NCBI GenBank assembly: GCA_001643675.2
Contig: LSRY02000039.1
Span: forward strand, 620,001 to 684,000
Length of the DNA stretch: 64,000 nucleotides
Origin: Monocercomonoides exilis PA203
Taxonomy: Eukaryota > Protista > Preaxostyla
Direction: 5' to 3'
Shown here piece after piece: positions 13,200 through 25,900 of the stretch. Both the position numbers and the translations under genes were made by a program. Numbering within the stretch: the first letter of the stretch is position 1; each line of letters starts with the position of its first letter. The notes under the pieces were generated by a model. It worked only from the letters and a program-made list of their open reading frames with translations, was not told the origin of the DNA and did not search any database.

Positions 13200-15590
13200 C
13201 AAGGAGGATTTTGACAGCAGATCTTCCGTTGAACGCTTCTTCATAAAGCAACATCAACAATGGAGCATCAAGTCCGTGTTCTTCGATATTCTCTCTTCAG
13301 AACAGCTACAAAATCGAAGTTGTTGGATGCACGTTCCAAACACTCAGCTCAGAAGGATGCAAAAAGGAAGGAGCGATGACTTTTGAGCTGAAAGTGGCAG
13401 ATGGACAGCTGAAGATGAGCAATGTTGGGGTGACGAACAGCATCTGCAGCAGTTCTGAAGGATGTGGCGGAGGAATCTATTTGACATGTGCAACAGACAA
13501 CAATGACAGATATTCATTTTCAGAGATAAGTGTTGGAGGAAACAAGGCACATCAGGGACGAGACATGTTTATTGCAGCGAATGAAATGAGGAAGTGAGTT
13601 TATTATTTGTTGTTTGCGTTTGTTCGACTTTCAAAGGAAAAAGTGGGTTTTTGTATTTGAGCTGCTGCAATTCAATATATGGATTCTCTTTGGCTGATTT
13701 TATGTTTTCTGAGAATGAAGCATTTGTTGGAAGAAACATGTACATATTGAGCTCCGATTTGAATTCTTCAGTTGTCATTGAAAGGTTGATGTTTGATTGG
13801 ACTGAATGGAAAAACACAACAGCTTTCTTTGGGGCAGATGGAGTGAACTTTACAGAAGGCATTTCTTTGGACAAGCTGCTGTTTGAGCACACAGACACTT
13901 CTGTTGTTGTGTTGCCGAGTGGAAGAGACATTCGCGGATGCGGATCAGAAAGGGAGCCTTGTCTGTCGTTTTGGGAAGGGATGAGGCATTTCAGAGAAGG
14001 AATTCAGTTCAGAGAAATAAAAATCAACACAAGTGTTGCCATTTCAGACGAGTTGGACCTTTCAAACAGTTCAATAAGCCCAGCTATTCCTTCTTCTCCG
14101 GCTATTCTTCTTCTTCCTCTTCTGATGAGCCTTCCTCAGATGAATGCACAATCAATGTTAGAAAAACAATTCATTCTCTTTCTGAGCCTTCTGAGGCTGT
14201 GCTCACAAACAAGCTCATGCTCACATTCACCTCCATCAACTTCTGTCTGCCTTCGTCTTTCGAAACACCACAAAAGGAACTTCTTTTCACTGAGACAGGA
14301 ACAGCCACGCTAAACAAATGCTCCTTTGCGATGCAGACAACAGAAGAAGGCATTGCGTTTGTGCTTTTCCATGTTTCGTCTGGGACACTTTCGATTGAAG
14401 AGTCCAAAATGGTCGAGCTCTCCTTTGCGACATCGGCCATCCGGCTTGCTGCGCCGGCTGCACATTTTGTGGCAAGCGCGTTTTCTGTTGATGTTTTGAA
14501 TTTTGCAGATGGATTGTTTATTTTTGTGGGCGATGCAGAAGAGAAGGGGGATGAGGAATCAGTCTTATCAGGGAATGGCAAAGAAAAGAAAGCAAGCAAA
14601 GAAGCGAGCGAAATCAAACTGGAGAATCTTCAGTGGCATCTCATCCGTGGCACAAATGCAAAGGCATCGATCATTTCTTATGAGAGCGCGCTGTCTGTGG
14701 AGCTGACGATGGACAACTCGACATTCAGCGACTGCAACAGCGAGTCTCAGCTGGGAGGGGCGTTTTGTGTGTGGATGAAGGAAAGCTCAGACTGTTCGAC
14801 TTGCTGTTGGGAAAATGAGGGATGAATACAGGAAAATCTGTTTTCTTTTGTGACATGTGCGTGTTCAACAAGTGAAGGAAGAGGAGGCGCAATTGTGTTA
14901 AACTGCCTGAACGATACAGAAGATTCAGATGCTCCGTCATTGGAGAAAGCGAAGGCGCGTATGGTTAAATTTCAACTGATTCAGTTTTCTTTGAACAGAG
15001 CGAGTGTGGGGAAGGATTTTTTCATTGTCTGCCGATCGATTGCTGAGCAGATCAACGAGGTGCTGTTTGTGATGGACTTCAGTGAGTTGGCCTTTGACAG
15101 AGAAAATGCCATCTTCGGGATGGACAAAGAAAACGAGGGGCCAATTGATTTGGTGCCATTTATTGTGTTCTACAAGTCAGAGCAAGTATTTGTGTCAGGA
15201 GAGAAAGGGAAGAACGAGAAGGACTGCGGGCGAAGGGAAGACACGTGTGAGACGCTGAGCGAGGCTGTGCGGCATCTGAACGACGAGCCGTACCAGAACG
15301 TGCTGGTGGTGAAGAAGGCAGCTGTTTCAGCAGAGACAGCCATTTCATCAGCGACTGTGCAGACAGTCGGAGTCAGCCTAGCTGTTTTTGAGTTCAACTC
15401 CGAAATCGCTCAGATGGATGGAAGTGCCGATTGTGTGTCTTCGTCTGAGGAGTGCAGTATTTAGGGGATGGACATCGTCTTCGGCCCCAGCTTCGCTTCG
15501 GCGCATCGCTCTGTCTTTGGAGTGAGGAGCGGAAATCTGATGCTGGGCGAATGCACAATCACGTTAGAAGAGTCAGTGTTGTTTTTAAAC
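13200..15590 (+). pseudogene. Surface protein family (GGAI/beta-helix-like) internal fragment
   Basis: EGCGGGIYL, SQLGGAFC, EGRGGAIVL, GRDIRGCGSEREPCLSF and YKSEQVFVS motifs across frameshifted ORFs 13376-15464. Confidence 0.7.
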
Positions 15591-16373
15591 ACCATTATTT
15601 GTATCAAGTGTAATTGTTGATGGTTAAATAATGTTACTCACTCTGTGATCATCTTGCAAAAATCAATGGAACAGCCATCAGCAGAAGCGTTTGGTGAAAA
15701 GTGATTTGTTTGTTTTTCTTTTGCTTTGACTTCATCTTAATTTTTTTCATCTTTGTATTCTTCGTTATCTTTGTTAAAGCAAAAAGCAGGTGAATCATTA
15801 ATTGAGATTTTCTCAAACTCCACTGCAGCATTGATTGAAGTTAACTTCAAAGAGCTGTCTTTATTTGTTGTGTCTGCTGTTTCCTCTCAGTCACCAAATT
15901 CATTATCAGTGCAAGTCATTCCTCTTTCATATCGCGCACTGAAGCAAATACTTGATCGCTTTAATTTTCTGGATAACTTCCATAAATTTATTTCATTGAA
16001 TTCAGTTTGCAAATTTTGTCAGAAGATCAAATAGTTCGCAATAGCAGTTTGTCCAAGAAAGCTTTCAAATAATGTTTTTCATATCCTAAACTTTGGAAAA
16101 GAATATTTCTAAATAAAATGAAAACGCAAAGATTTTATTTGTTTTGAATTCCAACAGTCAAAAATTATGATGTGAAAATTTCTCAAAAAGTTTTTAGCAA
16201 ACGATGATAAAATAATACTATTTAATTCCTTGTTGCGAGATAATAAAGCTCCAAGCCTTCATGAATAAAATTAAATAAAAATAGGAAAGTTTGAAAATAT
16301 TAATGGGATAGATCAAATGAAAAAATAGAAAGTTATTAACATTGCATTTTCAACGAATAAAAATAATTTTAAA

Positions 16374-19300
16374 TAGGCCTTTGCGACAAGCCGACATTTC
16401 CCGAAGGACCTCGACAAGTCGACCGACAAGACAGTTACAAAATTTTGAATTTTTTGTTTTATATTTTTTATTGAAAAACTCCTTTTTTTTTAATTCTATT
16501 AATTTTTTCAATCAAAATAACAAACAATATTTGATATGAAACTATTTTTTTATCTAATAATTTTCACAAAAAATTACCAAAAATGCTATTAAAATGGGTC
16601 ATCGACAGATCTTTGTCGAGATCAGTCAATCGACAAAGATCTGTCTGTCGAAAGATCAGTCGGTAGAATAGATCAATCTGTCGTATGTGTCTATTTCTTT
16701 TGACTTTTTTTCATAACGGGAATTATTTCTATAACGATTCAATGACGAAAACAATTTTTGATTTTGAATAAAAGGATCATTGAATCAATAGAAATAAAAA
16801 GTTTTTCATGTTTTATATTATGTCACAATTAGTCCATTCCTATTTTTGTTATATATTCCATCTGTTTTTATGTATTACCGAAAAGAATGGAAATATTTGA
16901 ACAAAGTTTTTTTTAGTGTTCCATAATAATAATATGCTTTGAATTTTGCGAACAAACACGATATTTTTGGTTATAGACGAGGAAGACAAAAGAAAGGTGT
17001 GATAAATATCTTTGTTATAATATTTATATACGATTAACAGGAAAAGTTACGAAATGGAATTGATTCTGATAACGATGAAGAATGAAAATAATTTGTGATA
17101 ATCAAAACAGAACAAATGCGGCTTCAAAAGGAATAATTTCTCATCCGAGCAGAAATTGAAAGAAGAAGCGATATCACCGAGATAAGTAGTGTTCAATTAT
17201 TAAACAGGAAATAAGAGAAAGAGAAAGAAGCTGCAAAGGATTAAGAAAAAGAAAGAAGAGCAGGAGCTGAAAACTGAAGGAATAAAAAATATAATTGGAA
17301 ATTGTCTTTCAGCTGTCTTTCTTCTTCTCTTTCTCTTCCTCTTCATATATATCTTCAAGCAGCACATCATTTCAAGTGCTTCAACAGATAAGAGAATGAA
17401 ACAATTTCAATCAAAGATTTCTAAGAAATACCCTCTTCTCAATCCGCCTGTAGATTATGATCCAACATCTAATTCATCTTTTTCCACATCGTTTGAATCA
17501 GTATATGGTTTTGAAGAAAAGAAAAGAGAAAGAAGAAAAGATAAATGCGAAAGTGCAGAAGAAGAAGAAAATGATGAAGAAGATTAAGTAAATGCTTCAT
17601 CTGCCCAAAAGCGATGGAATTGTTAGAAGAAAGAAGCCAAACTGACGTTGAATACAAAGCCAATTTTTGGATATTATTTGGATGGTATGAAAGCTATTTT
17701 ATCTTGTCATTATTATTGTTCATTTCATTTTTTAATTGTGTTCAATATATTTTCATTCTATTTATTTTCATATAATCTTTCTTAATAATCTCCTCTTAAC
17801 TTCTCAGGGATTCTCAACCAATTTGTCTTTGATCCCACCCACGGCGCCTCAAAAAGTGGCATTCAAACTCCTCCTCCGAAGATAATCGAGTCGAAAAAGG
17901 AGAGTTTGAATGCTTCGACTTCTTCTTCCACAAAACTGCTGATGACAAGTTCAGGCATTCCGTGGCTGTCTCTCAAAGAATACGACCCAAACGCAGAGAA
18001 ATCGACAAACCCTTCAAAAACTGCTTTGTCTTCTCCCATCCCATTCACAGCTGATGAAGCCACCTTCCCCTTTTCTGTGTTAACACCTTCCACTGCCCTC
18101 TTTATGAAGGAAGACAACCCACCTCCTCCTCACCCTCTCACACCAGAATATCTCTGCACAACTCCCATTGAAATACCAGAATCTAAATCTTCAGCTCAAT
18201 TTTTTCAATCACTCATCTTCTTCGAATTGATTTCGCCGGAAAGCCAGTTTCCACATCTTCCTGTTTGGGTGAAGACTCCTTTTCTGTTCGTGAGAAGAGC
18301 AACGAAAAGAACAAAAGCGGAAAAACAGTCAGAGACAGAAAGCCGGAGGAAGATGGCGCACTTGTTCCGCTTTTTCAGAAGCAAAAGCAGTCCATTCAGA
18401 TGATAGTGGTTTTTTGAAAAGTGTAATCTTTCATGTTTGGATTCTTTTTTTATAACTTTTTTGCCTTTTAATATTATTTATTTCCTTTTTATTGTTTCCT
18501 TTCCTCATTTCATATCCAGCCACCTCCCTCTACCGATCCCATCTACATTGCCCCTCCTCCTCTCACGCAGCTTCCCCTTGTTCCCATCGCCCCTCTTCCC
18601 AAAGTTCTTCTCAGAAGCACCCGAACTGACGAGCCAGAAGATCACCTCTGCAGCGAATTAACCTTCACTTTCTTTTCTTTCACTCAAAAATGGCCGAGTG
18701 AAAAGACGTTGAGAAGCATTCTGACAGCGCAAGAGTAACACAAAAGCCTGTGCAGCTAACTCGAACAGCAGAAATGATATCCTTTATGAATGAATTGAGT
18801 GATTATCCGTTGGTTTTAGATGAACTTTCTTCTTCTCATCTGGTGGAGATGCCAAAAATGTCTTTCTTCTCCTTCCAAATGTTTGCGCTGTCTCGCTGTT
18901 ACACTCCACCTGGCTATGTGGAGACAGAAGTGGAGAGGAAAAAGAGGGCGATTCTGAGAGAGAAGAGAGAGAGAGAGATGGAAAGGAGAATCACACAAGA
19001 GATGAAAATTATGGAAAGAATGCATTGGAAAGAGGGAGAGGAAGAAGAAGAGATAAAAGAAATAATGTTCAAGTTAGAGATAAAGGCTTGGTTTATCACA
19101 ACACTTCGTATCAGAGCAATCAGCTTTCAATAACAGTTTCAATGCAGTATCCACTTCTGTTTTCGTTTCCTTCCCAGGTTTCACTTTTCACTTTATCTTC
19201 ATCATTATCACATCCACCGCAATCCTTTCATTCTCGTTTTCATCCTTCTTCTTTGCGGTCCTTTAATTATTTTCTGACTGAAATGTGACTGAAACAAATT

Positions 19301-20435
19301 AAACCGAATGTTTCTAGGCCACTGTCTCCCGAACGAGAGCATCGGACTTTAGAGAATCTTCTTTATCCTTCAGTCTTTGATGGGAGATCTTTCATCGTTC
19401 ATCATAAACATCTGCTGAACAGTGCACACGTTGGCCACTGCGAAGATACATCAAATTGTGATGGGCACGTGAGGAACAGGAGTGACATGACTGAGCTGAT
19501 GAATGTTCGTCTTCGTCCTCATTCAGATGTTCACACATCATTCACGTCGAAAGTTGTTTCATTATAAAAGATAAGACTTCCTACGCCTTTTCTGTTCTAT
19601 CTTTTTAACATATCAGATTACTATTTAATGACCAAAGGACAAATAAATTATGTTAAAAGCAGTTGATCTGTTGGACAGCAATACTGTTTTGTACTAAATG
19701 CTAAAGCATGCCAGCTCTGTTTTTGCTTTTCTTTCTGTTCCCAGAACTCTTTTCGATTTTCATCTTTTATTTGTTTTATTCGCTAATAGCTTGTTCAATT
19801 CATTGAAACCATCTCTTCAATTAGCCACCTCCACATCTTCTTCTTCGTCAAGTGCTTGTCCAGCAGTTAAACCTTCTTCATTTTCTTCGTTGAAAAAGTC
19901 ACACTTTTTCATTAATCCAGCTGCAGCTTCTCATCTTCCTATTGCCTTTTCAATGTTCAAATACAGTTCAAAAGTTGACATCTGGATTTTATCGATTGGC
20001 AACGTTTTAGAAAGATCATTTCAGGACGTGAAAGAACAGGATTAGACTGCATGGAATGAATGCAGATAACACAGCAATATTTCTTTTTTCAATATTAACA
20101 AAGTTGGCGAACTGTATCAAGATTGTATCATGAATTTGATGGTTTCCTTTAATATTGAATTTATATAATTAATTATATTTGATTATGGCTTTTGTGTGTT
20201 TTATTTTTCATCTTCAAAATAAAAAATATGTGTTGTTTTCTTTTTTTGAAATTTTTGTTTTTCAATTTTCGTGATTGACGCTTCAGAAGTATCAAATTCT
20301 CAAAAAGTCAAATCTTTATTTCTCGTTCATGAAAATAAAAATTCTTTTTAACATAAAGTCAAAAAAATTTTTTTGGTAAAAATCATTAAATATTAATTTT
20401 CATTTTTATGAAATTATGTGATATTGAATTGAATC

Positions 20436-20471
<36 letters not shown>

Positions 20472-20533
20472 GACACTGGTTGATCCTTTCGACCGACATA
20501 GGTTTCCAAGAATTTCCTTGTCGCAAAGGTCTA
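16374..20533. mobile_element. hAT-like non-autonomous cargo-carrying element, 4160 bp
   Basis: TIR TAGGCCTTTGCGACAAG (16374-16390) vs CTTGTCGCAAAGGTCTA (20517-20533), 16/17; perfect 8-bp TSD ATTTTAAA (16366-16373, 20534-20541); CGACA subterminal repeats; empty-site paralog at 1902-2068. Confidence 0.9.
17040..19560 (+). pseudogene. Disrupted hypothetical gene (cargo of 16374-20533)
   Basis: Coding-like ORFs 17396-17587, 17906-18403 and 18750-19133 separated by AT-rich intron-like gaps and stops; no family recognised. Confidence 0.4.
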
Positions 20534-21529
20534 ATTTTAAATTAATTAATTTAATGTTTTCTTTCGTGTTCTTTATGTAAAGAATTTTTTATCGATAATC
20601 CATATCCTTGGAACATGCCAAAAGGATCAGCCAAATAATACTCAATTTAATTTATTTTGAATAATAAGTACAGATATCGCAAAAAAATACCGGATATCGC
20701 ACAAAATACAGGACAAGATCGATATCTCAATAACCGCAAGAAGAAAAATTCTGTCAATTTTCCTTAAAATCCAAATTATCAATAGATGAATTGTGAAATA
20801 ATAAATTATTTCAAGATAAATATTTATTTCAAGATTCATATGGGTTATTTCAAGTTTATTCACTTATTTCAAAATAACCAAGTTATTTTCAGTATGACTG
20901 ACTTATTTTTATTGTTCAAAACCACAATGATTTTTTTAATGTGACTATTCAATTTAATTAAAATTTTCATATATTCAAATTTCAATGTCTCAGTTATGAA
21001 TAAGAACAATATTTGTGAAAGCAATGTTTCAAAGGTGTGAAATTGGAATTAAAAATCTGAATTAACATGAAATTCGAATAGCTTCATTGGAGTTTATTTA
21101 TTAAATGTAATGATGATTATATAAATTTTTGCAATCATTCAAGCGCAAGCCAAACGGAAAATAGAGAAAATGTCGAAAGATACATTAATTTCTTTCATTT
21201 ATTGTCACCCAAAAAATCTTCTAAATGATCTCTTAAAATCAACAGTTCAATTTTGCAATTTATAAAGCTCAAAGCCCTTTTTTATTACTATGATTGCTGA
21301 AAAAGTGAACTGGTCATTTGAAGTTTATTAAAATTATGTGCAATTTGCTTTTGATTAATTAAAAGTGTGTATTCGATGTCAATGCTCAATTACCACATTA
21401 TTTTAAACTGCAGCGAGATGGCACATATGAACAAACAAAGTTAAATGCTTGCATATTCATTGATCTGAATGCAATGTGCAATAATTTGGTTATCTATCGT
21501 ATTTTTATAAATTATTTTCTTTATTTTCA

Positions 21530-22423
21530 GATTTGGAAACCTGAATGTATTGGACATGAAAATGGAAAAGGGGAGAATGCGTGTGTTTTTGACTGTAGTT
21601 TCACTTCATGTTCACTTACAAGCACTGGAGGTGGAGGCATGTGTTGTGCAAATATTCCAATCACACAATTCAAAATGAGGATCATTCAGTTAATTTCATG
21701 TTTAGCACGACAAGAGGGAGGGGGCTTGAGATTGCATCCAAACAGACAAACAGCTCCTGATGATGGATACTATTGTTATTTCCTTTTCTTCCACGAGTGC
21801 AAATGCTCTGCAGCCACTCCATATGTGCGTGATGTGATGTATCATGATTACCACAGTGTATATTTATCACAAAATAATCCGTTCTATGAATGTTGCACGA
21901 CAAACGCAGATGACCAGAGAGTGTGCTACGGATATAATTATGCAATTGCAAGCGCTTGGTCATATAACCAAACATCGAAAAAGGAGTGACTGAAGAGAGG
22001 GATTCTCAACCGATTTGTGGCAGTAAGCGGAGGTGGTGAAGAGGATTTTTGTGGAATTGATGAATCAAGTGCATGCAGAACCATTGGTGTTGCAGTCAGT
22101 CGATGCGTGATGCAGTTGAGCTTGTCAGTCACGCTGATGGAATGGGATCACACAAGCGAGACGACAACAATTGATATTGGAGAAAAGAAGATTTCAGTCA
22201 TTGGGAAAGGAAGAACGGAGAGTTAGATTGGAACAGGAGCACTTTCATCAACTGGAGCTCTGTTCAGTGTGTCAACAGGTCATCTTGGTTTATTGCACAT
22301 GAAAGTTGATTGTAACTCAAGTGCAAATCCTTCTTCACCGAGTGTGGTTGTGGCGTCTGATGGGAATGTGTCACTCTCATTGGAGGATGTTGTGATCACC
22401 ACGAGTAAAACAGGAAACTATGT
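21530..22423 (+). pseudogene. Surface protein family fragment, 5' part, interrupted by the Sola2-like element
   Basis: TGGGGMCC, QEGGGLRL, DFCGIDESSACRTIGVAV; in-frame stops; ends ..SKTGNY at the insertion site. Confidence 0.75.
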
Positions 22424-22999
22424 GGGTGATTTTTTTTGATATCATAAAAAATTACGAAGGTTGATCAAAATATTTTTTCATTAAGGGTTTGGTTAATAAG
22501 AAAATATTTCTGAAAAATTTTGCGAAAATATGCATTAATATATTATTATAATAATTAATTTGTTGATATTTAATATATTTAAATTGTTTTTATTACAAAT
22601 TTTGAAAAAAACATAATAAAAAACTATTCAAAATATTTCGAAAATTTTATAAACATAAAAACGCAAAAGTTCACATGTTTGAAAACATGAAAACAATTAA
22701 AACAATATCCTATTAATTACTTTTAAGAATGAAATTAGTTTTATGATGTTAATGGAAAGAAATTCAAAAATTGCTGTTGAAGATCCAAAAACGTTTGTCG
22801 AAAACAAACAATTTTAAAAGCAAAGAGATAAAAATTTGATAGAAAGCTAGATATTTATCTAATAAACAACACTTTGTTGTTAATTATTGTTAAAAAACAT
22901 TAATTCTAAAAATTACTTTTTTTATTAATTGATCAAATTTTGAAAAAAAAACAAAAGTGAAAATTTAAAAGAAAAATTTTGCGAAGTTAAAAATTTATT

Positions 23000-25900
23000 T
23001 CTTAAAACGCTTCCGCCCCTCAACCATCCTCATTTCTTCTTCCTCCTCTTCCTCAAATATTCTCATTTTTCATCTTTTTCTTTTTGGCATCGCATTCTAT
23101 TGCTTCAACGACTCCAAAGATCTCACATTCTCTGTGTTATCTGTTCTTCTCTGTTTCTTATCCTTCTTTTATCTATGCCAACTCAGTTGAAATTCCTGAC
23201 AGAGATCCTTCTGCTTTTTAGTCGAGAAAGAAGTTAGCAAGTTTGTGGTTAAACAACGAATCTTCAGCAGAATGCTTTTTTCCTTCCTCTTCCAACATTT
23301 CTTGCTCCTGACGCAAATGTTGAGTCAGCCAGAGTATTATCCTCCGTAGCTGAGCATCGAACCGGAAACATTGTATGTTCCACCTCTATAAATGCATTTT
23401 TTTTCTTATTCTCCCGAAAATTGAACAAAGCAATGTGAATCTGTTGTTTCGTCTCTGGCGCTATTTTGAAGGCTATTGTTTTACCTGTTAAGTCAGCATG
23501 GATATCTTTCTTCATTGTTCCAGCATTCATGCCCAAAACAATGAGTCCCTCTTTTTTCTCGACTTCACCTATCCTTCTCTTGCTACAAACACCTCCATCT
23601 GTAGCTCCGACTCCTCATAGTCCGGCCTTGACCTCGATGTGGATATCTTCTTCCTCCTCTTCATCACCTTCTACCGCGCTTTCCATATATTCGTTATCCA
23701 GGACACTTGCTCCTCTGCCCTCCAGCGCTGCTCCTTGCTTGCGCCCTGCGCCTTCCTCTCCATAGCCTATCTCCACATCTTCCACCAGGGTTGCCTTTCC
23801 TTCATCCGAATCGTATCTGTCTCGTTAAGTCTTGTTCATGTTCGCATCACAACCATTTTCTCGTTGTTGTTGTCGTTTTTTTTCAATACCTGCATGTACT
23901 CCAGCCACCACTTCTCCTTCCATTCCTCTTTCATATTCGCCTGCACCTAAGTCTTCGACCTCCTCGACTGATCGCTTGCTGTGTCCTCCTCCCTCTTATT
24001 CTTCCCCGAACATCATATCGACCTCAACTTTCCTCTCATTTGTTCTTGCCAAGGCAACCTTCGCCTTTCCAACATATCTGTCCATTCCCTCCACCTCACC
24101 TGCCCTGTTTTTCATCTTCCCGCTTCCTCTCTCTTTCTATGCCACGCCAACCTCTTCACCCTAAGTGCAGCCTCGCATGTGCTCCTGTTCGACGATGGTT
24201 CCAGCTGCTTCCTCGATCATCTCATTACCACGAATGTGGAAACCAAATGATTCAGCGTGTCATTTTCATCTTTTTGTTTTTTAAAAGTCAATAAGCTTCT
24301 TCAGCATGATGTACTCCTTCTTCACCACCGTTTTTTTCGACCAGCTCAGAGGCGAACAACTGTGTGCATGTCGACCGCTGCTTGTTCACCTGCAACAGAT
24401 CAGCCCGTCCACTGCGCACTCCCTGGCACTTCCAAGTGGCTTCCCAACCACGGATAAGCTCTTCGAAGCATCACCTTTTAAATCCCTTCCCTGAAGTTTG
24501 TTGCTGTGCTTAAGGACACTCATGAAAAAGAAGCAGCAGACGGAATGATTCAGATAAATAACAATTGATTATTTCTCCGTTTTAGCGTTCTTTTTCTTCT
24601 CGTTGAAGTCTTCTCTTCCAACTTCTCTCCTCTTCCATATTAAACTTTTTTCTTTTTAAATCTCTTCAATTATTTTAATCCGATTTCCATTCGTAATATT
24701 CAGTCTTTAATAAATTTATCTTTCTTTTTATCTTCATTCTCTTCGTTCACCAAACAATCATCTTCTCATCTTCAACCCGTTTCTTTTCATCATAAATTCC
24801 ATTCTTTTTTTTTCGGTTATTATCACTTATGAAGATGCAAAAATGAAGAAATACGATCGGAAGAAGAAGAAAAAGAAGAAGTGGTAGTAGAAGAAGAGAA
24901 AGAGGAAGAAGAAGAAGAAGAAGAAGAAGAAGAATTAATCGAAGAAAATAGAGGAGCCGGGGCAGAAGGGGCATCAGAAGGTGGAGGAAGAAGACGAAGA
25001 GAAGATTTAGAGGAGAAAGTGAGAGAACGAGTAATACGAGAAGAATTTTAGAAGAAGAAGAAGAAGAAGAAGGAAGAAGAAGAAGATTATGAATTAGATT
25101 GTAGCTGTGACAAAAGCAGAACAAGGAGGATAGTTGCAGGTGAAGATGAAAGAGCATCCTTTAACAAATGAGAAAGAATTCGAGAAAGTTGACTTCGCAT
25201 CGTCGAATTATTAGGAACTGTTCCAGATGGCTGGGAGAAAAGAAAGAGAAGGAGATGTTCGTTGATAACTCTGAAGTGAAAGAGAATGAGTCGAAGGAAA
25301 AGGGAGGGAAACTGAAGATGGAGAATTTTTTTATGTGAATGGCGGAGAAGAGGAAGAAGGAGAAGGAGATTGCGAAAGAGAAGAGAAAAGTGACTGAGAG
25401 GAGGTGATGCTTGTCATCAGCTGATGTGGAAGAATAACTGAGAATTAGTCTATCTTTATCTGATAGGAAAGTTCTCCTCCTTTTCCACTTGCTGTTCCTG
25501 ACGCATTTATCGCATTGCCAACAGAAGTTGTATTAGCTCCATCAACAGCAGCGTTTGAAGATCCATTCATGTTTTGTTAATTTGTTGAAACATTCAATAC
25601 CAATGAAGTCGACTGAGGCTCAGATGTTTGCTGAACGGAAGCAAAAGCGGAAGGTGTGGCTTGTTGTGATAACGCAGCACCAACGGCCTTTAACCGCTGA
25701 ATGAGAAAGGAAGAAATGGACACCGAAGGAGAAGAAGAATGTTTCTGGTTTTGGTGCATCTCGAATATGGCTGATATTTTGTGGAACAAGACATCCTTCA
25801 CCATCAGCCTGTGAGCAGCGGTTGCAACAGCAGTGAGTGCAGTGCGCATGGCCAGCAGACAAAGCAGCAGGCGATTGGACTAGGCGGCAGAAGGGCTAAT

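Noticed and set aside
20437-20468. Poly(A) run as evidence of mRNA-mediated cargo capture
   Set aside because: The cargo retains intron-like segments and there is no separate TSD; more likely a homopolymer expansion
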